A DNA stretch of 64,000 nucleotides from Bacteroidales bacterium (GTDB taxonomy: Bacteria > Bacteroidota > Bacteroidia > Bacteroidales > UBA7960). The stretch lies in NCBI GenBank assembly GCA_003557385.1, contig PWON01000093.1:4273-68272 (forward strand). Reading direction: 5' to 3'. This document shows positions 19,206-28,100 of this stretch, piece after piece. Every line of letters begins with the position of its first letter. Within the stretch, counting starts at the first letter, position 1. The position numbers were made by a program, and so were the translations under genes. The notes below the pieces were generated by a model. The model saw only the letters and a list, made by a program, of their open reading frames with translations. It was not told where the DNA came from and did not search any database.

Positions 19206-19376
19206 TTATAGTGACTTGAGTTTATCCGGGATGTTTTTTGCCGCATCCACAAAAGGCAACAACACCAGGTCGGCCCCAGCTTTTTCCAGTTCTTTTGCGG
19301 TGCGGCCTGTGTATGATGTGACAGCAATGCCTAAAACTGCAGCAAACTCATAAAACGAATTGGCAATGGCATCCAT
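19206..19376 (-). CDS. 56-aa ORF translationally coupled to the IMPase-family gene (function unknown, possible domain remnant)
   Basis: The ATG at 19376 lies 4 nt from the upstream stop (19380-19382). Translation is MDAIANSFYEFAAVLGIAVTSYTGRTAKELEKAGADLVLLPFVDAAKNIPDKLKSL*. It is too short for the ORF track. Confidence 0.3.
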   Translation of the reverse strand: MDAIANSFYEFAAVLGIAVTSYTGRTAKELEKAGADLVLLPFVDAAKNIPDKLKSL

Positions 19377-19379
19377 GGG

Positions 19380-20177
19380 TTATTTGTTAAAAACTTGTTT
19401 TACCCTCGATATCAGTTCTGCATAAACACCCTGATTGGTGGCGACAATTTCTTTCCCAAAAATAAAATTATTTTGTTTTGAAAAATCACTGACCTGTCCG
19501 CCGGCTTCGGTAACAATCAGACTTCCTGCAGCCACATCCCAGGGGTTGAGGCCGTACTCGAAAAACCCTTCAAAACGGCCACAAGCCACATAAGCCAGAT
19601 CAACAGCTGCACTGCCAAACCTGCGGACCCCATGAGTTTTGCGTAAGCACCAGGTAAACAAATCCATGTATTTTTCAAGCAAGGAATAATCATGATAAGG
19701 AAATCCCGTGGCCAGAAGGCTTTCCTGAAGACTCCCAGCCGGGGATACCCTGACAGGTGCATCATTCAGATAAGCACCCCCGCCTTTCCAGGCATAGAAA
19801 CATTCGTCGTGGTTGATCTCGTATACCACACCCATCACTACCTCCTTTCGGTGCATCAGTGCAATGGACACACTAAAACATGGTAGCCCGTGGATAAAAT
19901 TGGTGGTGCCATCCAGGGGATCTACAACCCACTGGTAATCAATGCCTTTTTTTTTGATGCTTTCTTCTTCCACGATGAATCCGGCTTCCGGCAACAATTG
20001 TTCAAGGGCTTTGACGATGCGTTTTTCTGCGGTTGTGTCGACATGGGTCACATAGCTGTGCAACCCCTTGCTTACAACATCCGAAGCCCTGAGCCGGGGC
20101 AGTTCTTCGCGGACAAATTGCCCGGCCTCCCTGGCCACGTCGCATACCTGAAGGCATAGTGGTCTGAGTTCTTTCAT
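19380..20177 (-). CDS. Inositol monophosphatase family protein (SuhB-like)
   Basis: 265 aa with the WVVDPLDGTTNF motif and a downstream WD..AG motif. Confidence 0.9.
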   Translation of the reverse strand: MKELRPLCLQVCDVAREAGQFVREELPRLRASDVVSKGLHSYVTHVDTTAEKRIVKALEQLLPEAGFIVEEESIKKKGIDYQWVVDPLDGTTNFIHGLPCFSVSIALMHRKEVVMGVVYEINHDECFYAWKGGGAYLNDAPVRVSPAGSLQESLLATGFPYHDYSLLEKYMDLFTWCLRKTHGVRRFGSAAVDLAYVACGRFEGFFEYGLNPWDVAAGSLIVTEAGGQVSDFSKQNNFIFGKEIVATNQGVYAELISRVKQVFNK

Positions 20178-21463
20178 AGTACATATATTCCTTTTTCATC
20201 GGTACGGTTTAATTGTACCGGTTGAATGGTGTTTATTTTCTTTTGGTCGTAAGGAGTCTTTGCCCTTAGGTAATTCTCGGTAAACCCAAACATAAAACCG
20301 TTCTGGTGATCCTTTTCCCATAAAACGGAAGTATTGAGGCCCCTGTTGGATGCTATAAAAGACTGCTTCTTTTGCGCAGAAAGCTCTTGCATGCGCTTTG
20401 ATCGGGCCTTTCTAACTGTATTATGTACGTTGTCAGGATGAATAGCCGCGCGTGTATTGTTCCGTTCGCTGTAGGTAAATACGTGTAAATAAGAAACATC
20501 CATGTTTTCAATGAACATCAGGGATTCCTCAAAAAGGGCCACTGTTTCGCCGGGGTGCCCAACGATAACATCTGCAGCAATACACGCATGAGGGATATGG
20601 CGACGGATGGTTTCAATCCTGGAAGCAAACAGTCCTGTATTATACCGGCGTCCCATGGTTTTCAGAACTGAATTGCTGCCAGACTGGAGCGGCAAGTGAA
20701 AATGTGGCATCAGTTTGGCTTCGCCGGCAACCAGTTCAATGATGTTGTCGTGCAAAAGGTCCGGTTCAACGGACGACAGCCGGATCCGCTCCAGGCCGTC
20801 TATGGCAATAAGTTTCTTTAAAAGATCATACAACGATTCTCTGTGAACTTTACCGAAGTCACCAATATTCACACCCGTGAGGACAATTTCTTTGATATGA
20901 GTCTTTGCGATTTCGCTGGCTGTTCGAAGTGTGTTAGCAATGGTGTCGCTGCGGCTTTTTCCGCGAGCCAGGGGAATGGTGCAATAGGCACACGTGTAAT
21001 CGCATCCGTCCTGGATTTTAAAAAAAGAACGGGTGCGGTCATCAAGGGAATAGGTTGGTACAAAGCTTTGTGTGGCTTCATGTCCTGTTTCCCGGACAAA
21101 TTTGTTGTCGGGTTCAGTGATGTGCGAAAGATATTCACCCAGCCTGTATTTATCCGTGTTGTCAAGTACCAGGGAAACCCCTTTCATGGATGCCATTTCT
21201 TCTGGTTTGAGCTGGGAAAGACAACCCATGATGGCGATGTGAGCCGATGGGTTTGTTTTTATGGCTTTTTTGATCAGTTCCCTGCACTTTTTCTCAGCTT
21301 TTTTTGTAACGGTACAGGAATGAATTACATATATGTCGGCGGTTTGATGAAAGTCTACCCGGGTATAATGCCTGTCTTCCAATTGCCTGCTGATGGCTGC
21401 CGTTTCGCTAAAATTCAGTTTGCAGCCAAGGGTATGGAAGGCAATGGTTTTGTTTTTCTGCAT
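20174..21463 (-). CDS. mtaB: tRNA t6A37 methylthiotransferase MtaB (MiaB-like radical SAM)
   Basis: 429 aa with an N-terminal UPF0004 domain (HTLGCKLN). It has the radical-SAM cluster GCDYTCAYCTIP and a C-terminal TRAM-like end. Confidence 0.8.
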   Translation of the reverse strand: MQKNKTIAFHTLGCKLNFSETAAISRQLEDRHYTRVDFHQTADIYVIHSCTVTKKAEKKCRELIKKAIKTNPSAHIAIMGCLSQLKPEEMASMKGVSLVLDNTDKYRLGEYLSHITEPDNKFVRETGHEATQSFVPTYSLDDRTRSFFKIQDGCDYTCAYCTIPLARGKSRSDTIANTLRTASEIAKTHIKEIVLTGVNIGDFGKVHRESLYDLLKKLIAIDGLERIRLSSVEPDLLHDNIIELVAGEAKLMPHFHLPLQSGSNSVLKTMGRRYNTGLFASRIETIRRHIPHACIAADVIVGHPGETVALFEESLMFIENMDVSYLHVFTYSERNNTRAAIHPDNVHNTVRKARSKRMQELSAQKKQSFIASNRGLNTSVLWEKDHQNGFMFGFTENYLRAKTPYDQKKINTIQPVQLNRTDEKGIYVL

Positions 21464-21509
21464 GGCACTGCAAAGGTACTGCTTTTACTGAAGTGTAATG
21501 TCTGCAGGT

Positions 21510-22487
21510 TCAGCTCCCGTCAACCGGAAGCCCATATTGCTTAAGTCGTTCGGGCAACATTTTGTAATAGCTTGTGGGTGCGGGGGCCAACGGGGGCTGT
21601 CCGAGAGCGTTCAGGATCCGCTGGCCATTGGCCTCCTCCATTACAAATGCCACGAATGTTTCGGCAAGCTGCTGATTGGTCGTCTTTTTGGGAATGGTCA
21701 AGCCATAAACCATGGCCTGCCCATATTCGATAATTCGTTCACCGGGAGTGCTTCCCAGGGTTTCGATTTGTACTTGTTTGTACCATGGATTGAGGGACGG
21801 GTCACCCAGGCTCAGCTCCGAAGGTAGCTCCAGATACAACAGTCCGTGCTGCCGGGCCACACTGCGGTATAAATAAATGTAATCAAGATGGCTGCTTTCC
21901 AGCAGGGCAATCAGGTCCGTTTCCTTGGGCCTGAGGTTTTCTGCGGCTTTATCCAATAATTGTTTTGCCAACCCCTCTTTGTTGTATAATATTTCTGCCA
22001 GTTTGCAGGTAAATACCGTTCGCACACCGCAAGGGTCATGGTCCGGATCACTGCGCCCGGAACTTACCCGGGGGCGAAGCAATATGTCAAACCAGTTGTC
22101 TTGCGTAATTTGTTCGGCATACCTCGATGCGGCCGTATACACAATGGCCATTTCGTTGGCGGCAAATGGCAAATACCAGCTGGCATGGTCCGGAATAAGC
22201 ATGTTTTCTATCACCATGTAATCGGCCGAAAGAAATACATCAGCCGGGGTATTCAGGTCAATGACACGGCGAGCTCCCGCTTTACTGCCCCATGCTTCGG
22301 TAAGGATTCGGACACCGGGGTTCTCTTCTGTGAAAGCGCTGGCTATTTCATGAACAGGAACCGTCAAACTTCCTGCATGGATTATGTGCAAGACATCTTT
22401 CTTGCCGCTTTTTTTATCCTGGCTGCCTGGGCTTCCGCAGGCGGTCATTATGCATGCAAACAAACAAAACAAAACAAAATGCTTCAT
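21510..22487 (-). CDS. Periplasmic substrate-binding lipoprotein, oxyanion (molybdate/tungstate/sulfate)-type PBP fold
   Basis: 325 aa with lipobox IMTACG. HAGSL near the N-terminus and RSDPDHDPCG in the middle resemble ModA/WtpA/TupA-like binding proteins. This subfamily assignment is from memory. Confidence 0.55.
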   Translation of the reverse strand: MKHFVLFCLFACIMTACGSPGSQDKKSGKKDVLHIIHAGSLTVPVHEIASAFTEENPGVRILTEAWGSKAGARRVIDLNTPADVFLSADYMVIENMLIPDHASWYLPFAANEMAIVYTAASRYAEQITQDNWFDILLRPRVSSGRSDPDHDPCGVRTVFTCKLAEILYNKEGLAKQLLDKAAENLRPKETDLIALLESSHLDYIYLYRSVARQHGLLYLELPSELSLGDPSLNPWYKQVQIETLGSTPGERIIEYGQAMVYGLTIPKKTTNQQLAETFVAFVMEEANGQRILNALGQPPLAPAPTSYYKMLPERLKQYGLPVDGS

Positions 22488-22500
22488 TTTTTTTATGGCT

Positions 22501-23910
22501 TCATTGTATGATTAATTTTGTGTTCCATTGGCCGGTAGCATGACGCAATGATACAATATACACTCCTGCATGAAGGTTTGTTGTATCCATTGCCGTACTG
22601 TATCTGCCGCTTGTCCATGCGGTTATTTGGGTTGAACGGACAATGCGGCCGCTGCTGTCCATTACCTTGAGTGTATAATTGCCTGGCATTTTGATGGCAA
22701 ACGCAATAATGGCATTGTTGATTGCCGGATTTGGGTATACGGATAAAGGATTGCTGCTATGCTGATCTTGCACCGTGTCAAAACCGGTTTCATCCCCGTT
22801 GTCATCGTCCTCCCCGTCATCGCCATTGTCATTTGCTTCAGGTGCTGTAAAAGATGGGATTTGTTTGGTGATGCAATGAATGGCTCCTTCCCAGTGAATC
22901 ATTGCGTTGCAATTGATGCCGATAACCTCTTTGCCGGGCATCAGCCCCCGGTAAATCTGCAGTGCATGCTCGTCGAGGGGATCGTCATAAACCGGGACCA
23001 ATACCGCATTGTTGACAATAAGGCTGTTGATATATGTTTTCCAGTTTTGAGCTTTTGGGATTTGCACGATTTGATAGGTTTTCCCTTCCGGGTGCTGAAT
23101 TGATTGCAAGATGTTGTAATTGTCCTGCAAAACCAGATAATCTTCGTGCCATGCATCCACTGTGCTTATAATGAATGTGGTGTCATTGAGCAGTTTGATC
23201 TGCATATCGAGGTGGCCCCAGTAATCATTGGTCATGGGCAGAAATACAAAGATGTGCTCTATGCCCATGTATGTGTTGAATATTCCATCGATTTCCTCTT
23301 GCTGAACACCGGGGTTGTTGGTGTATATCCGGTTGGTTGCAAACAACCGGTTGTGGTTGTCTACCATATAATTGCCTCCATCAAACACAATATGCGAGAA
23401 ATCATAGTAGTTTATGCCCCAGTAACTTGCAAGTCTTTCAGGCAAATCCTTGTCACCGTGGTTGGCGGCGAAATCATCGAAGCCCACAAAAGCCAGTGAA
23501 TCGTTGTCGAAAATGCTTAGCGGTCCGTGATCCCTGATCCAGATCCGATCACCGTAAACATCTATAAAAACGATTTGATCCAAAGAAACACCATGATTCT
23601 GGAACGTGCTGATCATTTGCTGACGGTGGTTGTCTCCATTGGTTTGCATGAATACGGTGGCATGCGATTGTATGCCATCGACCACTGCGACAACAATTTG
23701 GTCGTAGCTTTGGTTGTTCCCCGGGTTCCAATACATCACTACACCTGCAACGGTGTCATATTCCGCAATGGGTTGCGGATTAACCGGATGAACTGCATTT
23801 CCGCTTTGATCCCCTGGCATGGCGTAAAGTGACAAGAACGACAAACCACAGATGACAAAGGCGAGAAACGGCAAATAAAAATTAATATGATTGTATTGCT
23901 TTTGTCCCAT
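22501..23910 (-). CDS. Agmatine deiminase / Porphyromonas-type peptidylarginine deiminase family protein with T9SS C-terminal sorting domain
   Basis: 469 aa with an N-terminal signal/anchor. It has WIRDHGP and the catalytic-Cys context EGAIHCIT, an acidic NDNGDDGEDDDNGDE linker, and a ~80-aa C-terminal beta domain (SVYPNPA...GVYIVSL...KLIIQ). Confidence 0.8.
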   Translation of the reverse strand: MGQKQYNHINFYLPFLAFVICGLSFLSLYAMPGDQSGNAVHPVNPQPIAEYDTVAGVVMYWNPGNNQSYDQIVVAVVDGIQSHATVFMQTNGDNHRQQMISTFQNHGVSLDQIVFIDVYGDRIWIRDHGPLSIFDNDSLAFVGFDDFAANHGDKDLPERLASYWGINYYDFSHIVFDGGNYMVDNHNRLFATNRIYTNNPGVQQEEIDGIFNTYMGIEHIFVFLPMTNDYWGHLDMQIKLLNDTTFIISTVDAWHEDYLVLQDNYNILQSIQHPEGKTYQIVQIPKAQNWKTYINSLIVNNAVLVPVYDDPLDEHALQIYRGLMPGKEVIGINCNAMIHWEGAIHCITKQIPSFTAPEANDNGDDGEDDDNGDETGFDTVQDQHSSNPLSVYPNPAINNAIIAFAIKMPGNYTLKVMDSSGRIVRSTQITAWTSGRYSTAMDTTNLHAGVYIVSLRHATGQWNTKLIIQ

Positions 23911-23918
23911 AAAGAGGA

Positions 23919-23926
23919 CAAATTTA
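23919..23926 (-). promoter_or_regulatory. Candidate -7 box (TAAATTTG on the minus strand) for the deiminase-family gene
   Basis: CAAATTTA on the + strand, 9 nt upstream of the ATG at 23910. This implies a very short leader. Confidence 0.4.
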
Positions 23927-23956
23927 CTGCGATCTTTGAAAAAAGTAAAAAAATAG

Positions 23957-23964
23957 TATTTTTG
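23957..23964 (+). promoter_or_regulatory. Candidate -7 box TATTTTTG for arcC and the carbamoyltransferase
   Basis: TAnnTTTG match about 290 nt upstream of the arcC ATG, which would imply a long leader. Confidence 0.35.
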
Positions 23965-24254
23965 CTTGCAGTTTGTATAATATTATTGGTAGATCAAAAC
24001 CCTTGTACAACTTGTTTGTGGTGATTAATAAGATATTCTTTCAGGCGTTGGCTGCCATACCAAATTAGGTGTTGGATTATCAGGGCATGCCCTGATGCTT
24101 CGGAGGAATGTTACATGTTATTAATATCCTGAACAGGTTATTTCAAGGGATTTTTTTTCGAATATATGTTGAACCTTGATTTGACCTGTTTACACAGGAG
24201 TTTGACCAACGGTTGGCGAGTTGCATATACCCGAAACATTAAAAACACATACAT

Positions 24255-25193
24255 ATGAAAAAATTGTCTGTTATTGCATTTGGAGGAAACGCCCTGTTAC
24301 GCAGTGGCCAAAAAGGCACGATTGACGAACAGGAGCAGAATGTTTATGAAACCTGTCAACACCTTGTGCCACTTATTCAAAAAGGGTATGATCTGGTGAT
24401 CGGGCACGGCAACGGCCCCCAGGTGGGCAATGTATTATTGCAGCATGAGGCCGGACATCAGATTTATGGCCTGGCCAAGCAGCCCATTGATTTTTGTGTT
24501 GCAGAGACCCAGGGTTCTATCGGGTTTATGATTGAACAGCAATTGCGCAATGTGTTGGCCGAACATGGTATTCAGCGCAATATTGTAACCCTGGTAACCC
24601 AGGTGGTGGTGGACAAGGAAGATCAGGCATTCAAAAATCCCACCAAGCCGGTTGGCCCCTTTTATCCCAAAGAAGAGGCCGACAAACAGGCACGTGAAAA
24701 TCAATGGGTGTTTCATGAGGACCCCAGGAAACGTGGCTGGCGCAGGGGGGTCGCTTCACCAAGGCCCTTGGACATTCCCAACTGGGAAGCTGTCGAAAAG
24801 CTGGCCCGCACAGGCACCATCGTGATAACCGTAGGTGGTGGTGGCATTCCTGCCTATATTGATGGCGGCAAAATGGTAGGTATCGATGCGGTGATCGATA
24901 AGGATCTGGCGTCATCTTTGCTGGCCAATAAGATCAAAGCGGATGAGTTTTGCATCCTGACGGATGTTCCCAATGTGTTTATAAATTTCCATAAACCTGG
25001 TGAGAAAAAACTCGGAAGGGTAAGCGTTGAAGAGATCAGCCGGCACCTTGACGAGGGCCAGTTTACTGAAGGCAGCATGGCACCCAATGTACGCGCCTGT
25101 ATCCAGTTTGTGGAAAGTGGGGGCAAGGATGCCATCATTACCGAGGCCGGTCAACTGGGCAAACCCGGGTCCGGTACTGTAATCCTGCCCTGA
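24255..25193 (+). CDS. arcC: Carbamate kinase
   Basis: 312 aa with MKKLSVIAFGGNALL and GHGNGPQVG motifs and typical length. Confidence 0.95.
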   Translation: MKKLSVIAFGGNALLRSGQKGTIDEQEQNVYETCQHLVPLIQKGYDLVIGHGNGPQVGNVLLQHEAGHQIYGLAKQPIDFCVAETQGSIGFMIEQQLRNVLAEHGIQRNIVTLVTQVVVDKEDQAFKNPTKPVGPFYPKEEADKQARENQWVFHEDPRKRGWRRGVASPRPLDIPNWEAVEKLARTGTIVITVGGGGIPAYIDGGKMVGIDAVIDKDLASSLLANKIKADEFCILTDVPNVFINFHKPGEKKLGRVSVEEISRHLDEGQFTEGSMAPNVRACIQFVESGGKDAIITEAGQLGKPGSGTVILP

Positions 25194-25245
25194 AAAGCAT
25201 ATGCATTCAATCATTGTAAACAACTAAACATAAGGAGAACAAATC

Positions 25246-26247
25246 ATGGCTTTTAATTTAAGAAACAGAAGCTTTTTGAAGCTTTTAGATTTTACCCCAC
25301 AGGAGATCAAATTCTTACTCGACATGTCTGTTGACCTGAAAAAGGCAAAATATGGCGGATATGAGCAGCAAAAACTAAAAGGAAAAAACATTGCCCTGAT
25401 TTTTGAAAAGGCATCCACCCGTACGCGATGTGCATTTGAGGTAGCTGCTTTTGATCAGGGCGCCCTGGTTACCTATTTGGGACCCAGTGGCAGCCAGATC
25501 GGCAACAAGGAATCCATGAAGGATACTGCCCGCGTTTTGGGCCGGATGTATGACGGCATTGAGTATCGCGGTTTTGCCCAGACCACGGTTGAAGAACTTG
25601 CGGAATATTCCGGGGTCCCTGTATGGAATGGCCTGACCAATGAATTTCATCCTACCCAGATCCTGGCCGATTTTCAGACCATGATGGAACATTGCGATAA
25701 ACCATTGCATCAGGTTTCTTTCTGCTATTTGGGTGATGCCCGCAACAACATGGGGAATTCCCTGTTGGTTGGTGCGGCAAAAATGGGAATGGATTTCCGT
25801 GCGGCAGCCCCCAGGTCGGTTCAGCCCAGTGAAGAACTGGTGGCAGAATGTCGTGCGATCGCCAAAGAAACCGGGGCAAAAATAACCATTACGGAAGATG
25901 TAGAGGAAGCGGCAAAAGGTGTTGATTACCTGTATACCGATGTTTGGGTTTCGATGGGGGAACCGGACGAGGTATGGAAAGAGCGGATCAAGCTGCTAAA
26001 ACCCTATCAGGTGAACATGGATGTGGTTAAAAAGACCGGAAACCCAAAGGTGAAGTTTTTGCATTGCCTGCCGGCATTTCATAATCGCGAAACCACCATT
26101 GGAGAGGAGATTTACCAGAAGTTTGGACTTGACGGCATGGAGGTGGTAGAGGAAGTGTTCGAATCAGAGCATTCTGTGGTTTTTGACCAGGCCGAGAACC
26201 GCCTGCACACCATCAAGGCGGTGATGGTGGCCACACTTGGTTCTTAA
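25246..26247 (+). CDS. argF: Ornithine carbamoyltransferase (catabolic or anabolic role unresolved)
   Basis: 333 aa with [25 protein letters not shown] and FLHCLPAFH motifs. Confidence 0.9.
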   Translation: MAFNLRNRSFLKLLDFTPQEIKFLLDMSVDLKKAKYGGYEQQKLKGKNIALIFEKASTRTRCAFEVAAFDQGALVTYLGPSGSQIGNKESMKDTARVLGRMYDGIEYRGFAQTTVEELAEYSGVPVWNGLTNEFHPTQILADFQTMMEHCDKPLHQVSFCYLGDARNNMGNSLLVGAAKMGMDFRAAAPRSVQPSEELVAECRAIAKETGAKITITEDVEEAAKGVDYLYTDVWVSMGEPDEVWKERIKLLKPYQVNMDVVKKTGNPKVKFLHCLPAFHNRETTIGEEIYQKFGLDGMEVVEEVFESEHSVVFDQAENRLHTIKAVMVATLGS

Positions 26248-26268
26248 GAGGAGAACATTTTATGAACA

Positions 26269-26312
26269 TTCGGGTGATCATGCAGCCAAATCCATGATCA
26301 CCCGAATTATTG
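26269..26312. terminator. Strong hairpin between convergent genes (bidirectional terminator)
   Basis: Perfect 14-bp stem TTCGGGTGATCATG (26269-26282) / CATGATCACCCGAA (26293-26306) with a 10-nt loop, followed by a T-rich run. Confidence 0.75.
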
Positions 26313-26339
26313 TTTGATGGTTCGGTGATCAAACACGGT

Positions 26340-28100
26340 CTATTGTTCTTCCTGCTTTCTTTCCTTGCTTTTTGATTCTTCCTGAACGGCTTCTTCAATG
26401 GCGCGTTGTACCTCTTTCATCACATCATTGATCACCGGTCCGATCTGTTCCAGCCCTTTTCCGATTTCCTCCATGCTCCGGCCAACTCCCTCCATGACAT
26501 CCTGTAATACCGGACCAATGTGCTGCATTTCCAGGTGCAGTTCTTTCATGGTTTTGTCCACTTCCTGCATGCCCCTTTTGATATCATCCCTGATGGCATC
26601 CCAGTCGACCGCTTCAAGTTCTTTCATGGCTTCTTTAATCTGCTCCCTGGCCATACGCATCTCTTCCCGGAAGGCTTCATCCTGCAACTCTATTTGAAGT
26701 TCCTCCATGGCTTTGCGCAACTCTTCACCAGCTTTCCTGGCTTCTTCTCCTGCTTGTTGCAACTCCATACGGAATGCTTCAGAATGAAGTTTCTCAAACA
26801 CTTCTCTGTTGACTTCGGTCATGGCCTTACGAACTTCCTCCATGGCTTGCTGAATTTTCTCTCTGTCCCGTTCACTCAACCCTTCATACTGGATGGTAGT
26901 ACCGTCGTGAAGGTAAATGGTGCGTGGCTTTGACTCCTGCTTTTCTTGCTGAAGTGCAGGTGGATTGTCTGTGGCTGTTTCTTCATCCACCATCAAAGAC
27001 ACATCAAATTGGTAATATGCGTCAATGGGTGGTGCGCTGCTGCCGGCATCGGAATACAAATTAATGGTTGCGGCCGGGTTAATCCAGGCGATGGATGTCA
27101 GTGCGAATACAATGGCCAGCATGGCGGCCAGTTTTTGTCCTGTGTTCAACGATCTTGTTTTCATGGTCATCATGTGTTTAATACGTGTAAATAAATAATT
27201 TTTTGATTGGGTGGCAGCCACCATTGGTTGCGGCATGGCAGCGTCACGTTTTTTTTCTAATGTAACAAGGGCCTGTGCATAGATCAGCGGGGAACCGGTT
27301 TCGCCGACGACCCACTCGTCTACACATTGCTCCCGTAAAATCCTTATATGTTTGCTGATCCACCAGGCAGCCGGATGATAAAAGAACAATATTTCGATCA
27401 GGTTTTGCAGGGCGTTTATGTAATGATCCTTACGACGTATATGATAGAATTCGTGTAGCAAGATGGTCTCAATGTGCTCGGTGCTCATAGAAAAGAGCAT
27501 GGCTGCCGGCAAAAGGACCACCGGCTTCAGAAAGCCCATCACCACCGGGACATTCACCTTTTGCGATAATTTAACTGGTATACTTGTTTTGCAGCCTGTT
27601 TGCCGGATCAGGGCTGTAAGCTTTTGTTGCCAGCTGGCCGGCAATGGCCGGGTATGTTTTCTTTTGAGCCTGTAAATTTTTGAATAACACAAAAGGGCAT
27701 GTAATGAACATGCCAGAAGTCCTGCAAGATAAAACCAGAATACCATGGGGGTGTAGGCTTCCAGGCCTTCCAGAAAGCCAGGCTGATCTTTGTCAATCAG
27801 AAAAAATGCACGGTCACCTGCTGCGGCAATCCATGCCGTGGTATCAAATTCGAACGAAACAATTTGCCGTGCGCTGGTGTAAACGGCGTATTGCCTTACA
27901 AAAGTGTATATAAAGCTCAGGGGGATAGCCAGCAAAGCCACCAGCGACATTTTATACCGCAGGCTTGCCATACTGTTTTTTGCCAAAATCATGGCTGTGT
28001 GCCATATCAAAGCGATCAGCACGATTTGCCAGAGGCTGTGAAATACTGTCCAGCCCAAAGCGTTAATCGCCGGATGGCTGATATGTTCAATGATGCTCAT
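26340..28100 (-). CDS. M56 (BlaR1/MecR1-like) signal-transducing metalloprotease with atypical Met/Glu/Lys-rich helical C-terminal domain
   Basis: 586 aa with N-terminal TM helices and the zinc motif LLHEFYHIRRKD. A last TM helix (KLAAMLAIVFALTSIAWI) precedes a ~250-aa tail that ends in repetitive xAMxEVxK-type helical repeats. Confidence 0.85.
   Translation of the reverse strand: MSIIEHISHPAINALGWTVFHSLWQIVLIALIWHTAMILAKNSMASLRYKMSLVALLAIPLSFIYTFVRQYAVYTSARQIVSFEFDTTAWIAAAGDRAFFLIDKDQPGFLEGLEAYTPMVFWFYLAGLLACSLHALLCYSKIYRLKRKHTRPLPASWQQKLTALIRQTGCKTSIPVKLSQKVNVPVVMGFLKPVVLLPAAMLFSMSTEHIETILLHEFYHIRRKDHYINALQNLIEILFFYHPAAWWISKHIRILREQCVDEWVVGETGSPLIYAQALVTLEKKRDAAMPQPMVAATQSKNYLFTRIKHMMTMKTRSLNTGQKLAAMLAIVFALTSIAWINPAATINLYSDAGSSAPPIDAYYQFDVSLMVDEETATDNPPALQQEKQESKPRTIYLHDGTTIQYEGLSERDREKIQQAMEEVRKAMTEVNREVFEKLHSEAFRMELQQAGEEARKAGEELRKAMEELQIELQDEAFREEMRMAREQIKEAMKELEAVDWDAIRDDIKRGMQEVDKTMKELHLEMQHIGPVLQDVMEGVGRSMEEIGKGLEQIGPVINDVMKEVQRAIEEAVQEESKSKERKQEEQ

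Noticed and set aside
25246-26247. Possibility that the carbamoyltransferase is a putrescine carbamoyltransferase, which would complete an agmatine deiminase pathway.
   Set aside because: The ornithine-type motifs DVWVSMG and HCLPAFH are intact and resemble OTC. This cannot be excluded without phylogeny, so the question is kept open under the finding rather than called.
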